NCBI RefSeq assembly: GCF_037042905.1
Contig: NC_087250.1
Location: 26,104,001 to 26,168,000, forward strand
DNA: 64,000 bases
Direction of reading: 5' to 3'
DNA from: Lytechinus pictus
Taxonomy: Eukaryota
Shown: positions 12,751-24,995 of the stretch, piece after piece
Layout: each line of letters opens with the position of its first letter
Position numbering within the stretch: position 1 is the first letter of the stretch
Made by a program: the position numbers and the translations under genes
The notes under the pieces: model-generated
Databases searched by the model: none
What the model saw: the letters and a program-made list of their open reading frames with translations, nothing else
What the model was told of the DNA's origin: nothing

Positions 12751-13962
12751 GATGATGACTGTGGATGTAATGATTAAAATGAGCTATGGGAATGTTTCTT
12801 TAAACAAACTTAGGCAGTTCTAAACATTAATGATAATACTATAAATTGCATGTCTGAATAAATTGTCACTGTTTTACCCTCCTTTGGATGACTGAGAGAA
12901 AAGGGGAAATATAGTTAAAAAGTGTGGCCAAATATGAGTGTGAAACGGGCCTTATTTTCTTGTTGGCATTCATGCCCAAAATATCATAAGCCATAGTCAA
13001 GGGTTATAATGATTAAGCTGTTCCATTGCGTTTCTGGTATACTTTCGACCATATTTGGACATGATAACTATAATATGCAAAGCTTCCATTGGCATAGTAG
13101 CATTACATTTACTTCAGAGAGTTTGATTCTTTTCTATTGAAAAAAAGTGTGGAAAAACTAGAAAAATGCTGTTAACAATCACGCATTGAAAATACATCAT
13201 TTTTTGCAATATCCGCAGCATAATCACATATCATAATGAGTTACATCGGAATCAGAACAATATAATTGAGCCAACATCTAAGCCAAGACCCCCCCCCCCA
13301 ACTCTTGCCTCTGAGATAGTAAAAACGGCAGGAAATATAGCAGGAGCAAATGTCTTGTCGCACCAGAAAGTCCAATACTGCACCTTTCTTTCGCTCTTTA
13401 CACCCGAAATTACCCATTGCTGCTATGGTCGCATCCTCTTTTTCACTATCTTAGTTGGATTTTGCTTTTCGTTAATGATGCAAATTTGTAATTCTCTTAA
13501 AAGATACAACGATGAATGCACCCCAAAATGGTGTAGTGAAGTTTTAGCTATGGATGTACAACGACCCCACTGTATAACAGTGGAAGGGTGTCAATCTAAC
13601 CTTTATTTATTTAATAGTACACAGGCCCTTTTATATTTTAAGTCTAAACTGATGTGGGTTAATTATGGCTAAAACACAATGAAACGCATTTCTAATTAGG
13701 TCTGTTGACCTGGATATCACAAGCATACTGAAAAAGAAACACAAAAAATAAGACCGAAGATGCATTTCTTTTTTCATTCTAAAACATGAAAATTAATGAT
13801 CCTCTTTCAGTTTAAAACAATGATTAAGACTAACCTGAAATTAGAGGGGAAATTCAAGACAAAAAAAGATTAGAAATCATTATGTATTTTTCTCTGTAGG
13901 CGTATCCCGCCACAAGCCTAAGCTTTTAGGGTATACGCCTTCTTCTTTAAACCCAACATATA

Positions 13963-14771
13963 CAGTGCGTCCCACAAAAAACAAAACCGAGATTTATCGA
14001 TGATTTATCATAACTTAATCATAAATACAATAGACAAATGACCTACCATTTTAAAGCTCAGAATCTCTTCTTTCATTTGAAATTAGTTATATTATTTCTC
14101 ATTCACGCATAAGTGAGTAAAAACAATTTGAAGAGGGGATACCAAAAAGTCATTTGGCGAGCTGTATCTGGGTTTCAAATAGAAAACCACATTTTTTAAA
14201 AGTTCAATATCTGCTCTTTAATTTGATACCTCAATTACAGAAAATGGTAAAAAAATAACAAAGTTCTGGTTATTTGAAATAAGGCTTGAATTTCAATAAT
14301 TTCATAAAATGAAGAGGTTTTACAGGCTAGCGTTCAAACTCACTCGACGCTCCGTTTTGTTTACGATCAGCCATGCATTAAGTCTTTTGTTAACCATGCG
14401 ATAGCTTCTGTGGGAAACCGGTGAAAAAACGTTATTTAATAAAATTATGGAAATACAAGCATTGTTTCGAGGGACCATAACTTTTTTACTTCTTGACCAT
14501 TTTTTGTGATTAAGGTATCAAATAAAAGAACAGATATTGAACTTCTTAGGCATGTGATTTTCTTTTTGAAATTCAGATACCCCCCGCCAAATGAGTTTTT
14601 GGTATCCTTTCTTCAAATTGTTTTTGAATGAATGAGGAATAATCTTCGTGATATCAGCTGAAAGAGGAGATTCTGAGCTTTAAAATGGTAGGTCATTTGT
14701 CTATTGTATTTGTGATTAAGTTATGATAAATCATCGTTTAATCTCGGTTTCGTTTTTTCTGGGACGCACTG
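13963..14771. mobile_element. Tc1/mariner-type palindromic MITE
   Basis: TA|CAGTGCGTCCCA...TGGGACGCACTG|TA, with arms inverted over >300 bp. A related end starts at 38118. Confidence 0.85.
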
Positions 14772-14898
14772 TATATATACTGTATATTTTTTTCATAACA
14801 AATTGATTTTTGTAGCTTTTATTGATGCTTACGAAAAATGTAATGAAATGGAAGAAAATAAATGTTTATTTGAAATGAATTGAATTCAATTGAATTCA

Positions 14899-14899
<1 letters not shown>

Positions 14900-14966
<67 letters not shown>
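14900..14966. repeat. (TA)n microsatellite
   Basis: Directly visible. Another lies at ~54395-54450. Confidence 0.95.
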
Positions 14967-16161
14967 CACAGCGCATTATGTCACTGTGGAAACGAATAGA
15001 AGATACGCATCAACGCAAATCAAATCGAATCTTCTTACTCTTTTATAAAAACAACTGAAGATAAGTATTCTCAATTTGATGTTCTTCTTACCTTATTGCG
15101 GTTGTCGTTGCATAGAGAGTGATGGATTTATTATGCATCCAAATCCACTGTGTCGAGGGTTTTTTAAGGACTTATTCATGTTATTGTTATCATATACCAC
15201 GTGACCGCTTACGTGATATGATAACACGTTTGTCCCATATGTATCATAGCATCTGCAAAGTGATCAAAAATTTGATATAAAAAATTATACTATGTATACA
15301 TAAACTTAAGTTCAACCTTCTTATATTTGCATTCATGGGGCGTGGATGATATAAACATAACATAAAACGTGTTTATGATGTATTACTTTGTAATTTCGAT
15401 ACATAATTACAATAGATAGTTTTTGCAAATCCAACCCTAGCACGCAGCAAATGCACTGACAATCTAAGTCAAATCACAATGAAAAGGTTGGAGGTCTTTG
15501 TCAAACATTTAAGAATCGGAACAACAATTTCGTCCTACGTTTCCGAGCTGACAAAAAAAACGCAATGCCGTTTGTCCAAAGTCACGGACGAAACCGTTGT
15601 ATCAATTCACAAACCTTCGACAAAGACATCATTGTCATGAATGGCATTTTATATCACATTCTCTATGTTTCAGAAGGTGTCCTACTTAGTATTTACGAGA
15701 ATGTCCTAATGTATTATACTGTAGAAGCCTACGTTGCAAACTCAGAGCCCTGAGAACGATTGTTTTTTTTACTGGGGGTGCTGATGTAATTTTGACAAGC
15801 AAAAAAAAGGAGGTTTTACTGCAAAATATAAGTCATTTTCCTTTCATTTATCCAATTTGAACACCTGCCATATTTGAGTGGGTACTGCCAGTGGAGAATA
15901 ATACGAAGGAAATCTTGGGGGTGCTTCATCTCCCCAGCACCCCCGCTTCCCAGGGTCATGCGCAAAGCCTTGGTCTGGCTTTACTGTATGGCAAACAAAA
16001 TTAATGCGAGGAAGCAACGAGAGTGACAGATCATGACAAAATTCTCCTTCTGGTACCTGGTGTGGTTAAGTCTTATTTACCGTATGAAAATTACAAAACA
16101 AAATGAAAGTGTACAAAAGTGGATGATTGCTACAAAATGTGAACATAATGCCTATTCTTAA

Positions 16162-16592
16162 AGCCCCCATCACACTTATTCCGAATCAAGCAGAATTGGC
16201 CTGAATGAAAGGACTATTGTTTGACCACCAGTTGGTCATTTCAATCTACTTCGAACACCGTTCGAAAATATCCCTCGAATGTTTTGAACATGACCAAAAC
16301 CTTCAGGACGGCCAAAAGAAATGACAAAAAATATTTCGAATGAACTCAGAATGCAGTCAGGATATTTAAAATGCCCCTAGAATGTCCAAGAACGTAGCAC
16401 GAATTATCAATCTGACTCCATTGCGGTTCATTTTGACTAGTGTATGATGATACACCTGGTCAATTTACTGAATTTCAACTCCAGTTTGGTAAATTCATAA
16501 GTTCCTCCCAAAAATGTCTAGATTTTTTGAATATTTTTGCTTTCCAGCTTCTGCTTGATTCCTGCTGATTCCGAATAAGTGTGATGGGGGCT
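16162..16592. mobile_element. Tourist/Harbinger-like MITE
   Basis: AGCCCCCATCACACTTATTCCGAATCA / TGATTCCGAATAAGTGTGATGGGGGCT, with flanks TAA/AAA. Confidence 0.7.
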
Positions 16593-17130
16593 AAAACAAA
16601 AACAATACTGAACGATGACGCTTCTCTGCGCCATTGATTTCATGGTTCTGTTCTTCCTATAGAGGTTCTTTCAATATAACAGAATAAATAACATACGGAT
16701 ACAATTCTCAATTTTAAATAAACCTGACAATGGTGCCGTGACCTGGAGACCTTGCTGTACAGTCCTATAGACGAAACCGACTCCAGAAAAAGGCCTTGGG
16801 AAGCAGGGTTACAGGGGGTGCTGAAGCACCAGAATTTCCTTTGGGATGCTGCGTGCATTATTTTTCATAGGCAGCATCCCCGAGTATTCTGGAAGATGTG
16901 TCGAATTTGGAAAGGGTAATCAAAATGAAGTTCACTTTGCAGTGAAACTTCTTTTTTTTTTTTGGGGGGGGGGGGTTGATATTACTCTGAACCGATTTGA
17001 CCTCAATTTTGTAGTGAGAACCCTTTTCCCCCAATTTCTTTATGAACCAATTTGAAATCCATGTAGTAGTAAGAAACCTTTTTTTATTCTTTTTTTTCTA
17101 CAGCATCCCGAGTTAAAATATTATTCCCAG

Positions 17131-19727
17131 CATGGGTGTCGATCACGGGGGGGATGGGGGGGATATATCCCCCCCCCAATATTTCAAGTGGGGGGGATGG
17201 CCTGTATTATCATCCCCAGTGAGCAGAAGGATGCCACTGCCAGACTTGAGAGGTGTGTCCGAGATGTAATTAATTGGTCAACTGATAATGGACTGAAACT
17301 TAATTGTAATAAAACTGCAGTGCTTCATCTCACTAGTAAATTTAGAAATAGTAGACAGATAGAAGGAATAGAACTTGATAATACCTATGTTAAATGTGTA
17401 GAAACTGTAAGAAATCTTGGTGTACAACTGGATAGAAAACTTAGTATGAAAGCTCAAATAAACAATGTATGTAAAACTAGTTCATTTGCCTTGTATAACA
17501 TTGGGAAAATTCGCAAGTTTTTAACAACAGAAGCCACAAAGAAATTGGTTCACGCTCTTGTAATATCACGCATTGATTTTTGTAATAGCATTTTGTATCG
17601 CCTCCCTGATAATCAAATTCATAAACTTCAAAGGATCCAAAACTCGGCAGCGAGACTCATAACAAGAACGAGGCGCAGCGAACACATAACACCCATACTA
17701 CAAGAATTACACTGGCTTCCTGTAAAATCCCGTATTGAATACAAGATATTACTCCTAACATACCAATGCTTACAAGGTCAATCGTCATTCTATCTCAAAG
17801 AACTCATTGAACTGTATGTACCCCAAAGAAAATTAAGGTCAAACAACAAATCTCTCCTTGTAGTTCCCAAAATTAACACTCAATTCTACGGCGCTCGTTC
17901 ATTTAAAATGTCCTCTGCTGAACTTTGGAATAAATTACCTGATATTGTTAAACAAGCTAATACTGTAGAATCCTTTAAGTCCCTTTTGAAGACATTCCTT
18001 TTTGTAAAATAAGATATACATGTACCTATTAATTGATATTATATATTTGCTCCTCTGTGAACAGGCTTTTTTTTCTTCTCCATTCTTTCTATTCTTCTTT
18101 CTAAAGCGCATAGAGACATGATTTTATCGTCGTTATATGCGCTATATAAGCAATGTTTTATTATTATTATTATTATTATTATCCCCCCAATAATTTAGGG
18201 TAGAAAAATTATAATAATGATGATGAAAAAATGAAAAGTTTGATCATGATGATTATAGTGATGATTATAGTATGCCATCAATCAGTTTGTTTCCCTCGCA
18301 ATTTGTGTATATTGTTATTAAATGAAAACATTCTTTTTCAGGACTATTAAACAGATGGGTGGAAGTTCAAGATGAAAAAGAATGAAATGTTTATGTATAT
18401 GATATTTTTTAACACATGACATAAAAGGACCCCAACGAAAAACAACTTTTGTTGATAGGGTGTTCCATCCCTCCAGTGGTGAATGAATTAATTTTAATAA
18501 ATCAATGATTTCAAAAGGGTGGAAAAACAAACGGGAGTAAAAGGGTGGCAAGATAAATCGTCTAAGGAATGACCATATAGCTATTAGAGTAATAGCCCCA
18601 CCAATGAAAATATTTGGGGGGAACATATCGTTTTGCCCCCCTCCCAATAATTCTGCATGTGCAACTAAAAATAAAATAAGATTGTAATGCTACACTGAAA
18701 CCAGCAAGCGAGATTAAGATACCAACTCGATTTTGATCTAAAATCGTGCTCAAAATGTCTGCTTTTCAGATCGGAATATAAAAATTTTCAGCTCGCGCTT
18801 CGCGCTCGCATCATTTCTTTACCAAAACCCCATACTTTTCATGATTAAATAGGTGAATAGAATGTCTCGTTTTCAGTTCTATACCTCAAAAGAACTCCCG
18901 CTTCGATTTGCAATAATCTTTTGTTGGATATATATCTTGTTCTTTATTAAAAGCGTCCATTAAATTGTCTTTTTGTCCAGATCGAAATATTAAAATTTTC
19001 AGCTGACGCTTTGCGCTCGCATCTATTGTTCTTCTAGATACCCATCTTAATCATTGGTACCAAAAGTGCTTAGAATATCAAGCTTTCACGTCAGAATATA
19101 AAGAAATTTTAGCTCGCTCTCTAGTGAGATACATGTATCTATGCTCCTCATGAGTTACTACAAGCAAACCTAAACAGGTACATTTTTCCTGTTTTCATGT
19201 CATACTAAAAATTTTCAGCTCGCGCTTTGCGCTCGCATTGTTGGTGAGGTTGAGATATGTGTCTCTTTCTCATGATTCATATATATATATATATAAAATA
19301 TAGGCCTATGTGTGGGGGTGTAGGGGTGTGTGGGTGAGTTTGTTCGTTTTATATGATCGAGCGTCTTTGGAACGTTGATTCATGATTTTGCCCCCCCCCC
19401 CCAATCTGAAAAATGGATCGATGCCCCTGTGTATACATCATGCTCAATCAACAGATCACTATGTACATGTTCCAGATAATTTTTGTCATTTTTTCTTTCG
19501 TATGAGTTTAGAATAGGCTTACTTGTAACACAAATTGAATTAAAAAAAAAATTATATAAGTACAGTACACTACAACAATGAAGGAATTTCCAAGAACACC
19601 ATGCATATCAATCACTCGAAAATGTCCTAACTTGTGATTTTAGTGGGGGTAATGTTGAAAGATCCCCATCCACAAGAACTTTTGGGTCATCATCCCCCCC
19701 AACCAAGAATACTGATCGACACCCATG
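17131..19727. mobile_element. hAT-like non-autonomous element with 8-bp TSD, inserted in the end of an older element (~16789-19742)
   Basis: Perfect TIR CATGGGTGTCGATCA / TGATCGACACCCATG and TSD ATTCCCAG (17123-17130, 19728-19735). Internal GCTCGCGCTTCGCGCTCGCA motifs recur. Confidence 0.85.
17218..18180 (+). mobile_element. 5'-truncated L2/CR1-group LINE (RT C-terminal region, 3'UTR, (TAT)n tail)
   Basis: The ORF ending at 18012 contains WSTDNGLKLNCNKT...VRNLGVQLD...SRIDFCNS...LQRIQNSAARL...HITPILQELHWLPV...LWNKLP...FKSLLKTFLF. The 3' end has AAGCGC...GCGCTATATAAG and a TAT tail. ATCCCC is duplicated at the junctions. Confidence 0.92.
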
Positions 19728-20619
19728 ATTCCCAGGGCCTTGCTTCAGACCGACCGAAATTCTTTACGTAACATTTCCAAAGAGGAGACATTGGTCGGTG
19801 TCGGTTTGGAGTCCGTGTTGTCAATATTGGGATTGTTTGTAACATTTTTATTAGTATCTTCTTTTAGTTTCAGGGTATCAATGAAGCGTGATGTAGTTAG
19901 TCTGGTGTAATGCACTGAATTTAAGGGGGTCTGAATGTAGTATAGAGCCTACAAAGCATTGCGAAAAGAAGCTCATCTCGCTGTCGCTAGAACTGAAACA
20001 GAAAAATTGTATTTGAGCTGTGCTTGTCTGGCGTCTACTTGCTGATTAAAGTTTTAATCAGGGTCTGCGCTCGCAGACTATTAAGCGCAAGTGATCGTGT
20101 AAACATTATTGTTATTTATTACCATTTGATTGGTGATACTTTCAACAAAGAATTTGAAAGTAGTAAACATAAATAAAACCATACATCTGGTCATTGAACA
20201 AGCTATGCGTATCATCATGACAGCTATTAATTTTATCTTTACACTTTGATTAGTATTTGATATGTAATCTTGCAATTTATTGCCCTCAACGATGACATCC
20301 AAATCAACCCATGACAAACCTTGTTCCTAATAAAATGCATACATATATATATGTACATGTAAGTCTTTGAAGAAAGTCTGTTGCCAGGGGTGCTTGGGAC
20401 AGCCTCCGCTTTCCTTCTTCCATCAGGTTACCAGGATATTGCATTTTTAAGAACATAATAATTCTTGAGACATGTAATGCAAATCTCCTCCTCCTCTCTG
20501 TTAGTCTGGCTAAGAGGTTTAGTATCTAACTGCATATAGTTTTATTACTGTCATTTTCAATATTTGTGATTTTCAGGCAGGGAAATAAATAAAGAAATTA
20601 AAGAGGGAAGTAAGGAAAT

Positions 20620-20920
<301 letters not shown>

Positions 20921-22503
20921 AAAGAAACGGACAAGAAAGTAGGTCTAGATTCTATAAATATCTTATTCATTAAAGATAAAGATATGTCACGTTTAACTCA
21001 TTTTGCCCCACCCTTCTCAAGATATCTTCTTTGCTACCCTGGTGATCCTTTATTGTGGTAAATGATATATTGGAGATGGTTTAGCACGTAAGAAAGGATC
21101 TCCACGTAAGAAAGGATCTCCACGCAAGCGTCCGTATCGTGGGTGAAGAACAATAGAAAACAAGAGTAAACATCGGGCAAGTCTCTTCCGTCTATTCATG
21201 ATATTTTCCTCAATTTTTTGATGAATTCTTGTCTAGAAATAAAATCCATGGCGTAGAAATGTCGGAAATGAAGTTGTATCCCATGTACATGATTTAGGGC
21301 TAATCTTTTAGAAAGAAAGTAGAAATCTCGGGGGCGAAAGTTTCAGGTTTTTTGGTGGTACACGCAAAAGTATAGGAAGGAAGACCTGGCTTCGTATGAG
21401 AGTAACCTTACGTTAGTAAATGATTTTTACTCTCTAGAAGCCTCCTGGCTAGGGAGCTCCAGGCCGGAGCTCCCTTGGTTAGCTCAGCTCTGGAGAAGCG
21501 ATGCATGACAAAGCCGCCAAAGTAGTCAGACTTTCAACCACAATTGTGCAAAATTCAAGAAAATTTTATTCTTTATTTATACCTTAGTTTGATATGATTT
21601 TTTTAGTATAAATTAAAGTAACTCAACTGCACAAACAGCATCACTTAATAATGGGCATGTTGCCTTTGAGGCTGTGTTGTTATTGCCTTGTTGGGTAAAT
21701 TTAGTGAATGGGAAAACACTTCCTATAAACTGTGTCTAGTCATTGTTAATTGTTTGTAGATCCTGTCTATAATAATAGTGTTCGCATTTTTTTTTTTCAA
21801 AATTTATTTATTCAGATCCAACTGGAGAAATGTTGGAACTAGATCTAGCCTCGGCTCGAGGACGAGGACTCTGTGATGATATTTTTAAAATTTTGAGTTG
21901 ACAGTGTCTTATCATTATGGAGCCGGAGCACGCGCTAGGCTAGGGCAGGCCTGCGTAGGGTTGTGTCAGTGTGTGTCGAAGAAGTTGGTAAAATTGTCAA
22001 TGATGAATGATGGAATCCCCTTCAATATCCACATCACTGCCAATTGGTTAGAATACACTGAATGGAATTAATTTAAATTGTATACCTTTTTACCACCTAA
22101 ACTAAAGCATATAAAAGGAATAACAAATATTATGTAGGGCCTAAATATAATAAAAACATGAAAAATTAGAGGTTTCTTACCAGACCGATCTAGTGACTAG
22201 TGGCCATTGCAAAATTTTGCCATCCCTTGCTCACCCTGCGTAATACATAGGCTTGACTCAGTTTGTTTATATGATGTAGCTACAATACGATGATCTACGT
22301 TATGAAGCGCCATTCTATAAAACAATTCATTGAATTAATTATTTTAGCAAATGATATTATGAATTTACATTTTGGTTGGAAATACTATCATTTAATCTAG
22401 CAGATTTGAGAGATGTTGAATTATGTCCATTATATTAAAAAAAAAGTAATTTCATGTAGATCTACAGGTCTGTACTTTTTTTATTTCCGCAGTAAATTTT
22501 CGA

Positions 22504-24025
22504 ATGGATGAAAACATCTTACAACATGTGCAGGCTGTCCTGAAGAATGAAGGAGGATTGTTAGAGAGGTATGTTTATTTTTTTCTATATGGACTATTGT
22601 CTATTTTCTTTTTTTTTTCTTTGTCACCATCTAAAAAAAATAATCATAAAATTGGTTTCATGATAAAGAAGCATGTATTTTGATCAATTTCAAACTTGGT
22701 TGACGTACACATCTGACAGTTACTGAACTAATCTTAATTCTGTGTCACATGATCAATGGTCATAGAGTACTAGACCAAAGGCTTCAGTCTCTGTATTTTG
22801 GTTGTTCCGCTGAACTGCGTAAAGGATTATAGTGAAATGTCAGAAATTGTTAAGGAAATCCCCAGAAACGACGGTTATTCCTGTCTAATAGAGTACATGC
22901 CTAAATGTCAAAAATTTTGTAGATCCAGTTGATCAATTTAAATTTATGAGAATGACAATGTGATTAGGTTGGCAAAATAAGGAATTCATAAGTCAACTGA
23001 CCAAATATGCAGATTTCTCAAAAGGTAGGCCAATAAATTTCGACAATATGCAGTAAAGGTAGTTAATACATAGTTGTTGTTTATTCAATGTTGTTTAAAT
23101 ATTTTCTTTTGCTTCTTACTCTATTCTAACTCACTAGGAATATGCCAACCAGAACTGCAATTAGGAGTCATTGACAGGAGGAACCTTTGTGACTTGTACG
23201 AGGATGAAGCTTTCAAGCACCACACGCTACCTTATCAACATGCTTGAAGATGATCTGAGCCTGAGGAGGGACAAAGGGCCTAGTGATCGACTACCTTTGT
23301 ATCTGCAAATATCGACAATTCTGCGTTTGTATGCGGTAAGTATTTCTTTTATAAGAAAGTTATGACATAAACATCTCAAGACAAGCCTAGTGTATGCAAA
23401 TATTAGTGATGTTGCTGTAAAAAGAACTCAATGTAAAAAGTGATAATAAATTTTGGCAACTGCCTGTTTTTAATTCACAATGAACTGAGCCTATGATTAT
23501 TATTTTATATTTTTGAAAAAAATAGAAAATACAATCAGAAATGTAAATTCGAACTAAGAGTTTTGTCATCCATTGTCGACAGATTCTTCCAAAATCCATA
23601 CTTTACATTTAGGTTGTATAATTATCTTGGTTATTTTAAAAAAGTATTGTATCTGCTTTGCTCAATGTATGTTTGTCACACAATTGTTTATGGGGTTGGG
23701 AAAAGTTTAGCCTTAAGACCAGTAAAGTAATGTTAAACTGAGTTCTATGATATTTAAAGGATTCCATATGGGATCAAAAATGATTTTTTTTTAATCTTTA
23801 AATGTAAAGACAATGAAATAGTTATTTCTTGTTTTCTCTTTGTCATCTGAAAAAATAAAATCACAGAGTAATGTGCAACTTCTGGCAATAAATCTTCATT
23901 TACAGGATAATTTCAGGGAATACATGGTGATGAGACATCAGCTGTTGAGTGATCAAAGATGTTTCGCAAGCCATAGCAAGAAGAAAGGTTTTGTGAGAAC
24001 TTCAACAACCAGAGGAGATTGAGGC
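22504..24025 (+). pseudogene. Decayed, intron-containing Harbinger/HARBI1-type transposase (N-terminal part)
   Basis: Exon-like segments are 22504-22568 (MDENILQHV...), 23138-23335 (IDRRNLCDLYEDEAFK / TTRYLINMLEDDL...LPLYLQISTILRLYA) and 23906-24025 (G*FQGIHGD / VIKDVSQAIARRK / FVRTSTT). Together they match the Harbinger motif series DxYDDxxF...YLxxLLxxDL...LQxxxxLRFYATGxFQ...GD, with frameshifts and a stop. Confidence 0.7.
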
Positions 24026-24039
24026 TACCCAACAACAAC

Positions 24040-24297
24040 TGTATGGCCCAGTGGATTAGTCTCCTGGACCTTGAAACAGAGGGTCGTGGGTTCGAATCCC
24101 AGCCATGGCGTAATTTCCTTCAACAAGAAACTGATCCACACGGTGCTGCACTCAACCTAGGTGAGGTAAAAGGGCACCGGTGGGAAGTAATTCCTCAAGA
24201 AGCTATGAACGCCTAGCTTAGCCGGGTAATATAGGAGCGCCTTGAGCACCCAATAAGGTGGATATGTGCGCAATATAAATACCCTATATTATTATTT
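24040..24297 (+). mobile_element. tRNA-derived SINE with L2-like 3' tail
   Basis: A box TGGCCCAGTGG, B box GGTTCGAATCC, central GCTGCACTCAACCTAGGTGAGGTAA block, tail GAGCGCCTTGAGCACC...GTGCGCAATATAAAT. A 3' fragment of the same family lies at ~37962-38110. Confidence 0.85.
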
Positions 24298-24407
24298 TGA
24301 GTACCAGTACTACAGGAATTCAATAGTCATAGGTGTGATCGATGGGACCCATGTCTATATAAGATAATAAGAATTCCTGGAGGAACACAAGCTTTGTACT
24401 TTTTTGA

Positions 24408-24995
24408 AGGGCAAGTCCACCCCAACAAAGAGTTTCTTTGATATAATAGAGAAAAGTCCAATGAGCATAACACTGAAACTTTCATTAAAATTTGATAAAA
24501 TGAGAAAGTTCTGACATTTTGAAGTTTTGCTTATAAGTTATTTTCACAAAACATCTGTGCACATCCTGGTCATTATGCAAATGAGCGACCAAGTGACGTT
24601 CGCCATTCACCGTTTCTTTTGAAATATATCATTAAATATGATTTTTTTTTCGCCTCATAATGTGTAATACAGGTGTACCGGTATGCTTTGATTTCTCCCT
24701 GAAATTTGTGTAAAAAGCCATTGTGGCAACCTGAACTCAATTCAATGAAGACTTATAATTGTGAATTCTGTAAAAATTCAAGTTTTATAATATATTTCAT
24801 ATCTTGATATGCAAAAGAAAGACTGTGACATAGACTTAATTGCATATCACCTGTTTTGTGCATATAAGTGATTTGTGTGAATCTTTGATATGTCATTACT
24901 TATTTTACATCATATTTTGATGTTGTCAGTGTCATGCATGTTTTATTTTTATCTATCCATTCAAATAAACTTTTTGTTGTACAGTGGATTTGCTC
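24408..24995. mobile_element. Old Kolobok-like MITE
   Basis: AGGGCAAGTCCAC start and GTGGATTTGCTCT end, with degenerate TTAA flanks. It resembles the element at 32935. Confidence 0.5.

Noticed and set aside
24040..24110. Second tRNA gene
   Set aside because: No proper acceptor stem, and it continues into a SINE body and tail.
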